NCBI GenBank assembly: GCA_038884615.1
Contig: JAWABL010000003.1
Coordinates: 9,038-73,037, forward strand
DNA length: 64,000 nucleotides
Direction: 5' to 3'
Source: Candidatus Woesearchaeota archaeon
GTDB lineage: Archaea; Nanobdellota; Nanobdellia; Woesearchaeales; DSVV01
The translations under genes were made by a program, and so were the position numbers. Under the pieces are notes generated by a model, which was not told the origin of the DNA, ran no database searches, and saw only the letters and a program-made list of their open reading frames with translations. Positions 48,946 through 60,300 of this stretch are shown in pieces (the first letter of the stretch is position 1; each line of letters begins with the position of its first letter).

Positions 48946-49620
48946 TCATCTAACTGGGTTATATTCATAATTTTTCCTTAGAAAAAAGCCTTTGCACACC
49001 TTAAAAGTTGTTCTCAGAATTCCTTCCTTTTGCCAGCGTCTTGAAGAGGTTTTTATGAAGCTTTCAGTGATGTAAGCAAGCTTTCCTTTTTTTTTCAAGG
49101 CAAGCAGAAAGTAAGTGTCCTCACCTATCCTAAGCGAAACATCAAAGCCAGGAAAAACATCCCTGCGACAGAACATAATTCCTGATGCCGTCAAAAAAAA
49201 TTGTTTTGAGATGTTGCCTATCCACCAAGCGACTTTGGGAGCAACGGCGTTCTCAATTGAGGTTGTCTTTGTGGTTCCGCCTACATAGCCCAAGGAAACA
49301 TAATAGGAGATTCTTTCAAGGAGATTTTTTGCGATAATTGAGTCTGCATCAAGAAAAACAAGTATTTCGCCTCTGGCCTTCTCAGCACCGGTATTTCTAG
49401 CAAGAGAGACATTTGCAGGTTTAATTTTGATTGCCCTTACCCTACCGTCATTTATGGCTCGAACAACCTGATAGGTCCTGTCTGTGCAGCCATTACAGAT
49501 AACTATAATTTCAAAGTTTTGATAGGATTGATGAATTACAGAGTCTATACACCTGACTATTAGTTTTTCTTCGTTGTATGCTGGAATAATTACCGAAATG
49601 GAAGGAGAGGTTCTCGTTAT
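48946..49620 (-). CDS. GT2-family glycosyltransferase. Intact reading frame with no canonical start codon; a candidate ATA start overlaps the upstream gene's stop as ATAA.
   Basis: Continuous frame ...ISVIIPAYNEEKLIVRCIDSVIHQSYQNFEIIVICNGCTDRT...ILVFLDADSII...GYVGGTTK...RIGEDTYF (the GT2 DXD and ED motifs). The ORF track lists only the 3' 115 codons, starting from an internal TTG. Confidence 0.65.
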   Translation of the reverse strand: MTRTSPSISVIIPAYNEEKLIVRCIDSVIHQSYQNFEIIVICNGCTDRTYQVVRAINDGRVRAIKIKPANVSLARNTGAEKARGEILVFLDADSIIAKNLLERISYYVSLGYVGGTTKTTSIENAVAPKVAWWIGNISKQFFLTASGIMFCRRDVFPGFDVSLRIGEDTYFLLALKKKGKLAYITESFIKTSSRRWQKEGILRTTFKVCKGFFLRKNYEYNPVR

Positions 49621-50480
49621 ATCACCATAAGAAAATCATTAATTATCTTAGAAAGCTCATGGGGTTTTCGTATGGGATTAAGATGGTCAGTACGCCTCAT
49701 GATAACAAGCTTTGCCTTTTCGCCGATTATTTTTTTTATATCACAAACGGCCTTTCTAGAAAGTGCCATATCCATATCTCCACTAATTAGCAAAACTGGC
49801 TTATTGATATTTTTAAGATGAAACCTTATATCAAAGTTAAACATCTCGGCGGCTATTGAAAAATAGGCGTCTGCGGGCGTGCATCTTAGGTCATGAAACA
49901 ATACAGTGAATGCGTTGCAACTACCAAGCCTGCTATAATCTATATAGGGGTAACTTTTTCTCTTTATTTTCCCCGTAAGCCATGCAAGTCCCTTTGCGCC
50001 AGCAACAAAAATTGGCGTTACTTTATCAAGATAAGGAATTATTTGATATTTAAGCGGATTTACTGCAGGAGTTGCAATAAGGACAAACGCCTTTGCTTTG
50101 CCAGGATAGAGTTTGTCGTATTCAAGCGCGACCATCCCTCCGAGCGAATGTCCGATAAGCACAAAATTTTTTATCTTTTCAGACTCAATAATTGAATCAA
50201 TATCCATTGCAAAATTTGTTATTGTATATCTTTTATTATGGTTCTGCTTGTGTGACTTACCATGCCCGCATAAGTCTATTGCAACTGAAGGATAGTTGCC
50301 TTTGAAAAAATCTATTTGATGATTCCAGACGGTGCAGTTCCCACTTATACCGTGCAAGAATATAAGATAAGTATTCTTTTTTCCTTTCTCAATCCTATAA
50401 AATATTTTTATACCGTCAAAGCTATCAATAAATTTTTCCATAAAAGTAAAAATTATGCATCGTATTTTAAAGTTTATCAT
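49617..50480 (-). CDS. Alpha/beta hydrolase fold protein
   Basis: Nucleophile elbow GHSLGG, an HG oxyanion region (IFLHGISGN), and an Asp and His in the C-terminal part. Confidence 0.75.
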   Translation of the reverse strand: MINFKIRCIIFTFMEKFIDSFDGIKIFYRIEKGKKNTYLIFLHGISGNCTVWNHQIDFFKGNYPSVAIDLCGHGKSHKQNHNKRYTITNFAMDIDSIIESEKIKNFVLIGHSLGGMVALEYDKLYPGKAKAFVLIATPAVNPLKYQIIPYLDKVTPIFVAGAKGLAWLTGKIKRKSYPYIDYSRLGSCNAFTVLFHDLRCTPADAYFSIAAEMFNFDIRFHLKNINKPVLLISGDMDMALSRKAVCDIKKIIGEKAKLVIMRRTDHLNPIRKPHELSKIINDFLMVI

Positions 50481-51570
50481 TTAAATACAGGAATTTTGCA
50501 GCCCATATCATACCCTCGTCAGCATGATAAAATAATGATTTGTAAGGAGTGCAATCCTGATTTAAGACCTCAAGAAAGTTATGGTTCTTTTCTATTATTC
50601 TAGCGATAGACTCTAAATGAATTTTAAGTTTGGCTTTGTCGTATAAAAGAAGTAAATCCAAATAACATAGCCCAATGTTTAACCAGATGGTGTTGCCCTC
50701 ATAATTAGGAGCGAACAGGTATGCAATACTGCTTTTCCGCCCCCCTGCCCTTGATTTTGTATATTTTAAAGGAATCGGCTTGTCAAGCTCCTGTTCTTCA
50801 ATTGCTTTTATGGACTTCATGACCATTCCTACATCAGAAAACACTCTGCACCAATAGGGAAATACATTTGCATCGCCGCTTACCACATTGCTATAAAGCT
50901 CATCGTCAAAATGCGTGCCGTGCCAAAAGTTTAGTTTTATTAGCTGCTGATAGTCGTATTTTGCAAGAGGATTTTTAATCCTAAGACTAGCAAGTTCCTG
51001 CTTGATCATCGCGGCCATGCAGTTGTCATAGCAACTACTACGCCTACTGCTGTGGTCCTTCATAGAGCTATAGCTCTTCAGATTGATAAGCCCTGTTTCA
51101 CGATGTATAACTTCACTAGCAAACTTCTCTGCCTCTGCCTCAAGAAAAGGCTTGTATACCTCTACCAAGTCATTTGCTTTTGAAATCCGGAGGCTGTAGA
51201 GTAAAAATGCAAGGCTGTCGGGTGCATATTTAAATACATCTAGAGGCTTTCCACTTGAAGTAATCGTTGTGCAGATTTTTTTGTTTGTAGAAAACACATG
51301 CAAAACATACTCAAGTGTTTTATGTACCTCTTCCTCATAACCTAAATGCAAAAGTGCCTCAATAGAGATACCAAGATCTCTCAAGTAGAATTCATTAAAA
51401 TGTCCAAGGCTTGTTTGAAAATATTTGCCGTTCCAACAGTCTTTAACAATTTGCTGGCAAATTTCTGTTGCACTTCCAGGATATTTCTTCCAGCCATGTC
51501 TTCTGACATTTATGCTTCTTTTAAAAATCCGCCACCCCTCTTTAAGATGCGAGTACCCAATCATAAACAA
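50467..51570 (-). CDS. Hypothetical protein, possibly an (alpha/alpha)6-barrel glycoside-hydrolase-like fold
   Basis: 367 aa, helix-rich with acidic or aromatic residues at regular spacing. No firm motif. Confidence 0.4.
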   Translation of the reverse strand: MFMIGYSHLKEGWRIFKRSINVRRHGWKKYPGSATEICQQIVKDCWNGKYFQTSLGHFNEFYLRDLGISIEALLHLGYEEEVHKTLEYVLHVFSTNKKICTTITSSGKPLDVFKYAPDSLAFLLYSLRISKANDLVEVYKPFLEAEAEKFASEVIHRETGLINLKSYSSMKDHSSRRSSCYDNCMAAMIKQELASLRIKNPLAKYDYQQLIKLNFWHGTHFDDELYSNVVSGDANVFPYWCRVFSDVGMVMKSIKAIEEQELDKPIPLKYTKSRAGGRKSSIAYLFAPNYEGNTIWLNIGLCYLDLLLLYDKAKLKIHLESIARIIEKNHNFLEVLNQDCTPYKSLFYHADEGMIWAAKFLYLNDKL

Positions 51571-51724
51571 AATAAAAAAAATATATTATAAAAATATTGT
51601 CTTCCGAAAAGATGGAATTTAGCATCCAAAAGCCGATATTTTATTTTTAATAATGCTAAATGAGCAAAATGAAATTGCCAACTGGGATTTAATAGAAATT
51701 TAATAGCAAAATTTATTAAACACA

Positions 51725-52450
51725 TTGAGGGTTCATAATGGAATGCCAAAGAAGTCAAAAGAGATATGGAAAGTATACAAGAATGTTTTTGATAATTTCA
51801 CAATTAAGAATCTATTCAAGCTTATAACACAGGGCCTTTTTGAAGGACTTGCTAGCCCTATAAAGATAGGCAAGGAAGCCAATATATTTTCTGCGAAAAG
51901 GAAAGACGGTTCTCTTGTAATTGTTAAGATTTATCGTTTGCATTCGTGCAATTTCAACAAGATGTACAATTACATACGGCTTGACCCAAGATTTCAGAAC
52001 CTCAAAAAAAAGCGCAGGGAAGTTATTTTTGCGTGGGTTCAGAGGGAGTATAGAAACCTTATAAAAGCGCGCGCGGGTGGCGTAAGAGTGCCAACCCCAT
52101 ACTCATGTGTGTATAATGTAATTGTAATGGAATACATAGGTGATGATGCTCCGGCGCTGCAACTCAAAGACCATCCGCCAAAAGACAAGAAACTTTTCTT
52201 TAGGCTTGTTTTGAAAAACATAAAGAAGTTGTACGATGCAGGGCTTGTACATGGAGACCTTTCTGAATTCAATATCTTAAACTACAAAGAAACACCAATA
52301 TTCATTGACTTTTCACAATCTACAACAACAGAAAGCCAAAATTCAAAAGAGCTTTTAGAGAGGGATGTCCATAACGTCTGTCGTTATTTCAGAAAGATAG
52401 GCCTAAAGGTAGATGAGGCTGTTGTCTTAAAAAACTGCAAAATGAGATAG
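51725..52450 (+). CDS. rio1: RIO-type serine/threonine protein kinase (Rio1)
   Basis: Catalytic-loop LVHGDLSEFNIL, ATP-binding Lys region and metal-binding IDFSQS. Confidence 0.85.
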   Translation: MRVHNGMPKKSKEIWKVYKNVFDNFTIKNLFKLITQGLFEGLASPIKIGKEANIFSAKRKDGSLVIVKIYRLHSCNFNKMYNYIRLDPRFQNLKKKRREVIFAWVQREYRNLIKARAGGVRVPTPYSCVYNVIVMEYIGDDAPALQLKDHPPKDKKLFFRLVLKNIKKLYDAGLVHGDLSEFNILNYKETPIFIDFSQSTTTESQNSKELLERDVHNVCRYFRKIGLKVDEAVVLKNCKMR

Positions 52451-52480
52451 CAAAGATTTAAAAACAAAAGTTTTTTCTTT

Positions 52481-53011
52481 TTGCCTATGGAATATTCGTA
52501 TGAGCTAAAGCTTCCTAAGGACAGGATTGCAGTTTTAATAGGCAAGAAGGGCGAGGTAAAAAAGTCTATAGAGGAGGCTACGGAAACAAAAATAACTATT
52601 GATTCAAAAGAAGGCGATGTTGTTATCTCGGGCTGTGACGCAATTAAGCTTTATTCTGCAAAAGAGCTTGTAAGGGCGATAGGGAGGGGGTTTAACCCTG
52701 AAGTTGCACAGCTTTTGCTGAAACAGGACTACTGCTTTGAATCTATAAAGATTGACGACTTCTCAAACAGCAAGACACAGCTACCTCGGCTTAAAGGGAG
52801 GGTGATTGGTAAGGATGGAAAAGCCCGCCGCAATATTGAGGAGCTTACTGATACGAACATCTGCGTTTATGGAAAAACAGTCGGAATAATTGGTACCGCT
52901 GAAAACTGCAGCACTGCAAGGCGTGCAATTGAATCGCTACTTGGCGGAAGCATGCATGCCACAGTTTATAAATGGCTTGCAAAGAAAAAAAGGGAAGAAA
53001 GGTTGCAATAA
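52481..53011 (+). CDS. KH-domain RNA-binding protein (Dim2/Pno1-like), the usual neighbour of rio1
   Basis: Two KH-like segments with GxxG-type loops ([18 protein letters not shown]). Confidence 0.78.
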   Translation: MPMEYSYELKLPKDRIAVLIGKKGEVKKSIEEATETKITIDSKEGDVVISGCDAIKLYSAKELVRAIGRGFNPEVAQLLLKQDYCFESIKIDDFSNSKTQLPRLKGRVIGKDGKARRNIEELTDTNICVYGKTVGIIGTAENCSTARRAIESLLGGSMHATVYKWLAKKKREERLQ

Positions 53012-53012
53012 G

Positions 53013-54668
53013 ATGAGTGAAACGATTGCGCTTGAGCTTGCAAAAAAACAGAAGGAGATAGGTGTTGCTGAATTTTTCAGCCGAAACAGGCACCTGCTTG
53101 GCTTTGACAACAAAAAAAAGGCGCTTCTCACCACAATAAAAGAAGCCGTTGACAACTCCCTTGATGCTTGTGAAGAGGCAAGGATTCTTCCAGAAGTAAG
53201 CGTTGAGATAATTGATATGCAAAACGATCGCTATAGGGTTATTGTTGAGGACAATGGCCCAGGCATTGTAAAGCAGCAGATACCAAAGATTTTTGCCAAG
53301 CTTCTCTACGGCTCAAAGTTTCACACACTTAGGATGTCAAGAGGTCAGCAGGGGATAGGAATCTCGGCTAGCGTTATGTATGGTCAGCTCACCACTGGAA
53401 GGCCCGCAAAAATTCTTTCAAAAATTGGTCCTGCTGAACCGGCACATTATTATGAGCTTTTGATTGACACCAAAAAAAATGCGCCGGTCATTGTAAAAGA
53501 GGAGACAAAAGCATGGGCAAAAGAACATGGCACAAGGGTAGAGATTGACATAGAAGCAAGCTATCAGGGTGGAAGTCAAAGCGTTGATCAATATTTAAAA
53601 GAGACAGCAATTATCAATCCGCATGTCACAATTATTTATACAAATCCAAAGGCACAACAGATTATATTTCCAAGGGCAACAAGCGAGCTTCCAAAACTCC
53701 CACAAGCAGTAAAGCCACATCCATACGGTGTTGAGCTTGGTGTGCTTATAAGAATGCTTCAAGAAACCGAGTCAAGAACATTACAGAGCTTTCTCACAAC
53801 AGAGTTTTCGAGAGTTGGCAGCGGCACTGCAAAGGAGATATGTGCGACGGCTGCATTGCTCCCAAACACAGCTCCGAAGAGTATAAGTGTTCAGCAAGCC
53901 GAGAAGTTTTATAATGCAATTCAAAAGACAAAGATAATAGCTCCGAGTGCAGACAGCATAACGCCTATTGGAACCGAGCTTATTGAAAAAGGGCTAAAAA
54001 AGGAAATAAATGCCGAGTTTTATTGCAGTGTTTCGCGTCCGCCTGCGGTCTATCGTGGCAACCCATTTGTCATTGAGGCGGGAATCGCATACGGAGGAGA
54101 ACAAGACAAGGAGGGAAGCGTTAATCTACTAAGGTTTGCAAATAGGGTTCCATTACTTTACCAGCAGGGCGCGTGCGCATTTTATAAGTCGGTCGTAACA
54201 ACCAACTGGAAAGCATATGGCCTTCAGCAAAGCAATGGCAATCTCCCAATAGGACCATGTACAATTATGATACATATAGGTTCTGTATGGGTTCCATTTA
54301 CATCGGAGAGCAAGGAAGCAATTGCACATTATCCTGAGATAATAAAAGAAACAAAACTTGCGCTTCAGGAATGCGGAAGGTTGCTAGGAGGCTATGTAAG
54401 AAAAAAGGCACGCGTAGGAGAGGAACTTAAAAAAAGAAGCTATATTGAAAAATATATACCCCATGTAAGCATAGCACTATGTGAGATAATGGGTCTTTCA
54501 GAGCGAGAAGGCGAAAAAATAAATCTGGCACTTAAGGAGATACTTGAAAAGTCCAGAGGAAAACTTGATGATGTAGAGTTTGACCCTGAAAAAAATGTAG
54601 AATATGATGAAGAGTTTGCAAAGATAGGCAAAGAAGAAGAAAGTGAAGAAGAGGGAAACAATGACTAA
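53013..54668 (+). CDS. top6B: DNA topoisomerase VI subunit B
   Basis: GHKL ATPase (Bergerat) motifs ([34 protein letters not shown]) and a transducer domain. The likely start is [15 protein letters not shown] at 53013 (the track ORF begins at 52890 inside the KH gene). Confidence 0.9.
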   Translation: MSETIALELAKKQKEIGVAEFFSRNRHLLGFDNKKKALLTTIKEAVDNSLDACEEARILPEVSVEIIDMQNDRYRVIVEDNGPGIVKQQIPKIFAKLLYGSKFHTLRMSRGQQGIGISASVMYGQLTTGRPAKILSKIGPAEPAHYYELLIDTKKNAPVIVKEETKAWAKEHGTRVEIDIEASYQGGSQSVDQYLKETAIINPHVTIIYTNPKAQQIIFPRATSELPKLPQAVKPHPYGVELGVLIRMLQETESRTLQSFLTTEFSRVGSGTAKEICATAALLPNTAPKSISVQQAEKFYNAIQKTKIIAPSADSITPIGTELIEKGLKKEINAEFYCSVSRPPAVYRGNPFVIEAGIAYGGEQDKEGSVNLLRFANRVPLLYQQGACAFYKSVVTTNWKAYGLQQSNGNLPIGPCTIMIHIGSVWVPFTSESKEAIAHYPEIIKETKLALQECGRLLGGYVRKKARVGEELKKRSYIEKYIPHVSIALCEIMGLSEREGEKINLALKEILEKSRGKLDDVEFDPEKNVEYDEEFAKIGKEEESEEEGNND

Positions 54669-55743
54669 AGTTGCTACAGAGATAAAAAGAATTGCAGACA
54701 ACATATACAAGAGTATAATGGAGAAGAAAAACCCACAGCTTACTGTTCCTATAAGGTCTTTGCAGAATGTTCGCTACGACCAAAATTTAGGTTTTTTTGA
54801 GCTTGATGGAAAAGTTAAGGAGAGGACATTGACAGCGTCGACGGTAAAAACATTTGCCCAGAGCCTCCGAATGATGTCCTTGTCAAAGCAGCTTGTAGAA
54901 ACGAACGATATGGCGACCAAAAGAGAAACATACTATGTTAGCAAGAATTGGGGAGACGCAAGATTCAATGAGCAGGATGAATCGGACATGGTTATGGATG
55001 ATATAGAAGCAATGATGATGGTTAACCGCGAACAGCTAGGATTTATCCCTGAAGAAAAAGGCGGTGAAATTGCTGGACAGCTTATTGTAATAGACAAGGA
55101 TCAAGAAACAGGAAAGGAGATTAGGATTGACTGCACCAAATTCGGCTCCGGAGCATACAGCGTACCAAGCAGCGTAGAAGATTTAAAGTTTGAAACAAGG
55201 GCTGAATTCATTTTGGCAATAGAAACAGCAGGTATGTTTCAGAGGCTTGTGAAGCACAACTATTGGAAAAAAGCTAACTGTATTCTTATATCCATGGGCG
55301 GTGTGCCAACAAGAAGCTGCAGGAGATTCATAAGGAGGCTTTCTGACGAAATGAAGATTCCGGTTTATGCATTTACCGATGGAGATCCTTATGGTTACCT
55401 AAACATTTACAGAACACTTAAAGTTGGCAGCGGCAACGCCGCGCATATAAACAAGTTTTTTTGCGTTCCGAACGCCAAATTCATAGGAATAACCCCACAA
55501 GACATAATTGACTATAAGCTTCCCACCCACCCATTAAAAGATGTTGATATAAAAAGAATAAAGGACGGCATAAAAAATGACCCCTTCGTAGAGGCACATA
55601 AGGAATGGAAAAAAGCTCTTGACTTGATGACCACGATGAAAAAAAGGGCTGAACAGCAGGCACTTGCGCAGTGGGGGCTTAACTATGTAATAAGCGACTA
55701 TCTACCACAAAAACTTAAGAATCAAAAAACATGGTTACCTTAG
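54643..55743 (+). CDS. top6A: DNA topoisomerase VI subunit A (Spo11 homologue)
   Basis: Winged-helix region with the catalytic Tyr, and a Toprim domain with E...DxD (AFTDGDPYG). An alternative start at 54661 would overlap the top6B stop. Confidence 0.9.
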   Translation: MKKRETMTKVATEIKRIADNIYKSIMEKKNPQLTVPIRSLQNVRYDQNLGFFELDGKVKERTLTASTVKTFAQSLRMMSLSKQLVETNDMATKRETYYVSKNWGDARFNEQDESDMVMDDIEAMMMVNREQLGFIPEEKGGEIAGQLIVIDKDQETGKEIRIDCTKFGSGAYSVPSSVEDLKFETRAEFILAIETAGMFQRLVKHNYWKKANCILISMGGVPTRSCRRFIRRLSDEMKIPVYAFTDGDPYGYLNIYRTLKVGSGNAAHINKFFCVPNAKFIGITPQDIIDYKLPTHPLKDVDIKRIKDGIKNDPFVEAHKEWKKALDLMTTMKKRAEQQALAQWGLNYVISDYLPQKLKNQKTWLP

Positions 55744-55852
55744 TTATTATTTAGTTGTTAATTAGTTATTAATTACTACCTCATTAATATAGAAAAGAAG
55801 TATCAAGAAGTAGTAAGTAAAATTTATAAATGCTACAAAAGGCGTTTTTATC

Positions 55853-56809
55853 ATGGTTCTTGCTCATATATTCTGGTTTCTTTTGGCTTGTCTAGGGCTT
55901 ATTTTAAGTAGTATTGGGCTTTTAAGAAGCATTGAAAAGATATCTTTTTTTCTTAAGATAAAACTATTTATAATAAGCTTCTTTATTCTCGGCATAGGAA
56001 CAAGCCTGCCTGAACTTTTTGTGGGCATAAACTCTGCTTTATTAAATAAATCATCAATATCCTTCGGAAATATAGTTGGTGCAAATATTATTGACATAAC
56101 TTTAATTGTAGGCATACCAATACTCATACTAAGAAGCATAAGGATTGAATCAAAATCTGAGCGTAAGGATATTTTGTATATGTTTATTCTGGTGCTTCTG
56201 CCGATTGCGATGCTGTTTTTTGATAACAAGATATCAAGAATTGAAGGATGCATATTGATAGCTACATTTCTCCTATATAACTACAATCTTCTAAGGGAAG
56301 AAAAAGAGTTCGAAAAGAAAGCCAAAGAAGGTATAAAAAGAACCAGCATTTTTTTATATTTCATAACAGCATTTCTATGTATAATCTCTCTTTATTATTC
56401 GGCAAAATACGCTATAGATTATGCGGTATTTATAGCACAGGACTTGAACCTCTCACATATTTTTATAGGTCTTTTTATACTATCAGTAGGTACAACGCTG
56501 CCTGAGATGGTGGTAAGCATACAAAGTCTAATGCAAGGCAAAAGAGACCTTATGGTTGGAAATGTGGTTGGAAGCCTTGTAACAAACTCCACCCTAATAA
56601 TAGGTGTTGTCGCAGTAATCAACCCAATATATGTTTCTTTCTATTTCATGACCATACCATTTATATTCCTTATTTTTTCGGTGCTGCTTTTTATCGCATT
56701 CGCAGAGCACGGCAGAACAATAGGTGTCAGTCAGGGTACTGTCATGGTTTTCCTGTATATACTCTTTCTTATTGTTGAGCTTACATTAAAGAGTGCAAAG
56801 ATAGCCTAA
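55853..56809 (+). CDS. Ca2+/cation antiporter (CaCA/YrbG family)
   Basis: Two alpha-repeat signatures, GTSLPELFVG and GTTLPEMVVS, in a 318-aa polytopic protein. Confidence 0.82.
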   Translation: MVLAHIFWFLLACLGLILSSIGLLRSIEKISFFLKIKLFIISFFILGIGTSLPELFVGINSALLNKSSISFGNIVGANIIDITLIVGIPILILRSIRIESKSERKDILYMFILVLLPIAMLFFDNKISRIEGCILIATFLLYNYNLLREEKEFEKKAKEGIKRTSIFLYFITAFLCIISLYYSAKYAIDYAVFIAQDLNLSHIFIGLFILSVGTTLPEMVVSIQSLMQGKRDLMVGNVVGSLVTNSTLIIGVVAVINPIYVSFYFMTIPFIFLIFSVLLFIAFAEHGRTIGVSQGTVMVFLYILFLIVELTLKSAKIA

Positions 56810-57203
56810 TTTTTTTCTGTAGCTAGCATAGCATAAAAACAGATGCAACCTAAAAAAGGAAGAAAAACCGCCGCGAGAGGGACACTCACCAGATGCACGA
56901 ACATAAGATTCTAACCGACGACATATAGTTATTATTATGTATAATGCATTCCGAATTTGAACCCTCAATGCCTTGCGGCACAGGATCTTTGTCCGGTAAA
57001 GTAGGCATCATACCCACAATGACCAAAATGTTTAGCTGGGCATTCGCAAATGAAACCAAATCAAACATTTTGAACTCATTTATTCACGCTTGTTCATCTG
57101 CGAAAAAAGCATGTGGATAGCAATCCTGCGCTCTACCAGGTTAAGCGATCGCGGCTTGGTTTTTGAGGTAATTGGGCTGCTTTATAAATATTTTGAAGCA
57201 ATC

Positions 57204-57211
57204 TTTATAAA
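57204..57211 (+). promoter_or_regulatory. TATA-box-like element (TTTATAAA) about 26 bp upstream of the initiator tRNA
   Basis: Position and spacing are typical of archaeal tRNA promoters. Confidence 0.4.
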
Positions 57212-57236
57212 GAACCACCAGTTTCAAGCATAGTAC

Positions 57237-57311
57237 AGCGGGATAGGGCAGTCAGGAGTGCCCGATGGGCTCATAACCCATAGGTCGATGGTTCAAATCC
57301 ATCTCCCGCTA
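57237..57311 (+). tRNA. Initiator tRNA-Met (anticodon CAU)
   Basis: AGCGGGA-TA-GGGC-AGTCAGGAGT-GCCC-G-ATGGG-CTCATAA-CCCAT-AGGTC-GATGG-TTCAAAT-CCATC-TCCCGCT-A. The A1:U72 pair and three G-C pairs at the base of the anticodon stem are hallmarks of the archaeal initiator. Confidence 0.8.
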
Positions 57312-60300
57312 TTCAACAACATAAAAGACTATATCCTGAGTTGCTGTGTTTCCGTATTCGTCGTTACACCCAACAATATAAGTTTTCTTTCCCTTTGAAA
57401 GTCCTTTAAGATGCGACTCGAAAGTTGTGTTATCCATTTTCAGCATAGGCATCTTTTCAAGCGTAAGTCCTTGTGTATAACCACACATAATATTTTTACT
57501 CTGTGAAGTTTTCACAAAAAGTACAGTCTTTGTGCCTGATTCATCTCTAGGTCCATAGTCTATTATACGCAGGGGAGGAGATTTTTTAAAAACAAGAAGC
57601 GTACTTTGTGCATTGACATTATGCCTTGAAGGCCTGTCTTCTATGCAGTTTATAGGGAGGGTGGTTGCACTATAAGATCCGCTTATTCCTATATTGGTGC
57701 ACATGAACAAGTAGGAGTTATTAGTTTCAAGTTCTGCTATACACGCGTTTTCGTTGCAAATGGTCGCATTACAACGCCATCCTGATTCAAGGAGCAGAAT
57801 TGCTTTTATAGTTTCATTTGCGCCTATTGTAAGCACTGGTGTGTTTTTCGGCCATAGTTCAAGCACTTTATTGGAAAAATTCACGCCAAGGGGCAGAATA
57901 AGCTCCTCACTTGTGTTTATAAGAGTGATATTAAAGGTGAAAAAATCGAAATTTGGCTCTATAAGGTTAACCGAGACAGTGCATGCATAAAGCCCTGCAT
58001 CTAGGTCATTTACAGGGAGGCATTTTTCAAATGGAATTGTCGCATTTGCATAGTCAAGCGTACACACCATTGGCTCTTCCATATTAAGCTGAATCTTTAT
58101 GCTTGTGGCGTTCATCCTAAAAAGGATATCACTACTTAGCATATTGATTGACGCATTTATTATGTTTGCTTCTGCAATAGACAGGTATTTTGAAGGTTCT
58201 GTACCGACTATGGAGTTTATTTCTGAACTCTCCAGTTTAATCTCGCCTTTGATTGACTTTAATGGATTATCCATGCATCTCACATAAATTTTAGTTTCCT
58301 GCTTTGCATTTAGTCTTGCTGTGCACTCATAGCTTCCACCAAAATAGTAGCTCATTGTATAAGGCGAGGAAGGGCATATAAGCTGATGCTCCATCTCTTC
58401 AAAAGCTTTGTCCTCTGTACTGTATCTACAGACTGCATGTTCATCTGTATATACCCTAATGTTTAATTCATCTTGAGAGTTTGCAAGCAAACTTTGGTTT
58501 TCGGGAAGCGTACCAAGAATAATAGGCGCGAGTGTATCATTCAGCTCAGCATCAATGGAAAACTCAATGAAGAATTCTTCTATATTTTCATTCCCAGATT
58601 TATCAGTACAGGTAACAAATAAGTAAAGTCCGCCGTCATCAAGTTTTTTAAGAAGGGTGTTCACAAGCTCTTTGTAAAACGGCTTTTGAGCTGACAGCTC
58701 GTCAATAAAAGAGATGATTTGCCAAATGAATGGGTCTATAACTTTGGTTATATCTTTTCCTGTAACCATTTTATATGCGGCAATGGGTCCTGAAAACTTT
58801 ACTTTGTACTCAAGCAAAAATTCCTTTGGCTCTTCAAGAAGTCTTATAATTTCGCTTAGTTTGGTTATATTGAGCGCGTCAAATAGTTTTTGAGGTATTT
58901 CTGCCCTTGGCGGAACTCTAACCATGATTGTGTGTTTTTTTGAGTAGCCAAGATCACCGAAAAAAAAGTTTGGCATTTGAAACTTGAGCCTCGGAAGGTA
59001 GCTTAGCCTACAGATAGCATCCTCATCTGTTTCAAGTCCTATTGTGAAAACTTTGTGCGGTTTTAAGTCGGGTGTTATTTCATAGCCACCATATGTTTTG
59101 TCTGAGATTCGCAACTCTTTTTTAGTTGCTGAATACCCTTTAGTCAGCGAGTTGTAGTCAAGCCACACTTTCGGTGGAGTCTTGTCCTTTTTTGAGGGCA
59201 TGCAGTGTGGCACGCCTTGGTCCTCTGAATATATGCAGCCGGTACCAAGGCTTCTGCACTTATACTCTGTACAGGGCTTAAGCCGTTCGGCTTCACAAAG
59301 CTCACAGTCGGCGCTTCCTTCTGGAGGCAACCAAACACTACAAATCGCTACATCCATTATTCTTATCTGTGGGCGGGGTTTGAAAGGGTTAAGAAAATCC
59401 ATTATAGATAATGACGAAATCTCGTTTAGGTAGCTATATGCTGACGCGATAAGCATCGCAAAATTGTTTTGCGCTTCAACCACCCTGGTTGATTCTTGTG
59501 GCAACTGCGCTCTTTTGTCAGGGAGTCTTATAACATATTTATGGCCATTTTTTATTTCCCCATTTTTATGGAAGATGTAATCCCGCGGTGAATACCTTAT
59601 ATCTGTGTTAAAATATCCGTAATATGTGATTTTATCAGCAATGTTCCTATAATTTCCGCAATCACCTTGCATGTAGCAGTAAACCGCAGAGTCATCAATC
59701 CAAATGGCAGGGCACGAGAAGCTCGTTCCATAGCACTCCTTTATTTCTGTTGCCGCCGAACAAACTTCAAATCCGTTACCCTCCCAGAACCTAAACCCAG
59801 GAGGAACATAAGGAACACATTTTGATTTTGTAGTTAGCCATTCTTTCCAACTGCAGTCACGCCAGTCTGTATTTTCGCAGCATTCTTTTGTGTCACACTT
59901 ATAGCAGTCATGCCATCTGTTAGGTCTGCATGCAGACTTCGTAAGTCCAGCCCCCTCAGATTCAACACATATTTCTTCGCGAAAGTCCCTACACTCCTCT
60001 ACATATTCAACGCCGTCAATGCAATAATGCCTGTAATGCCTTGAACCGACATAGTCGTAGCCAAGCCCTGCTTTTGCATCATACACACACCAAGATTCGC
60101 CGCTCTGCTTAACTGGCCCTGAAAAAGATTTTTTTGTGTAATCATAGCTTCTACAACTTTTCTGTTCAACATTCTTTTTCTCTGGAAGTTTTGATGTTTG
60201 ACATGTACACTCAGGATTGTCTTCGTAAACACCACCCCTCATAATACAAATCTGACTTGGAGTACTCTTATAGCAGTTCCCATCATACTTATTCACACAA

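Noticed and set aside
56886-57068. 60-aa minus-strand ORF and a 57-aa plus-strand ORF in the spacer upstream of tRNA-iMet; also considered SRP RNA or RNase P RNA
   Set aside because: There are no conserved protein motifs. Conserved SRP (helix 8) or RNase P (GGAAAGUCCGG-type) sequence blocks were not found by eye. This is left as an unexplained GC-richer spacer.
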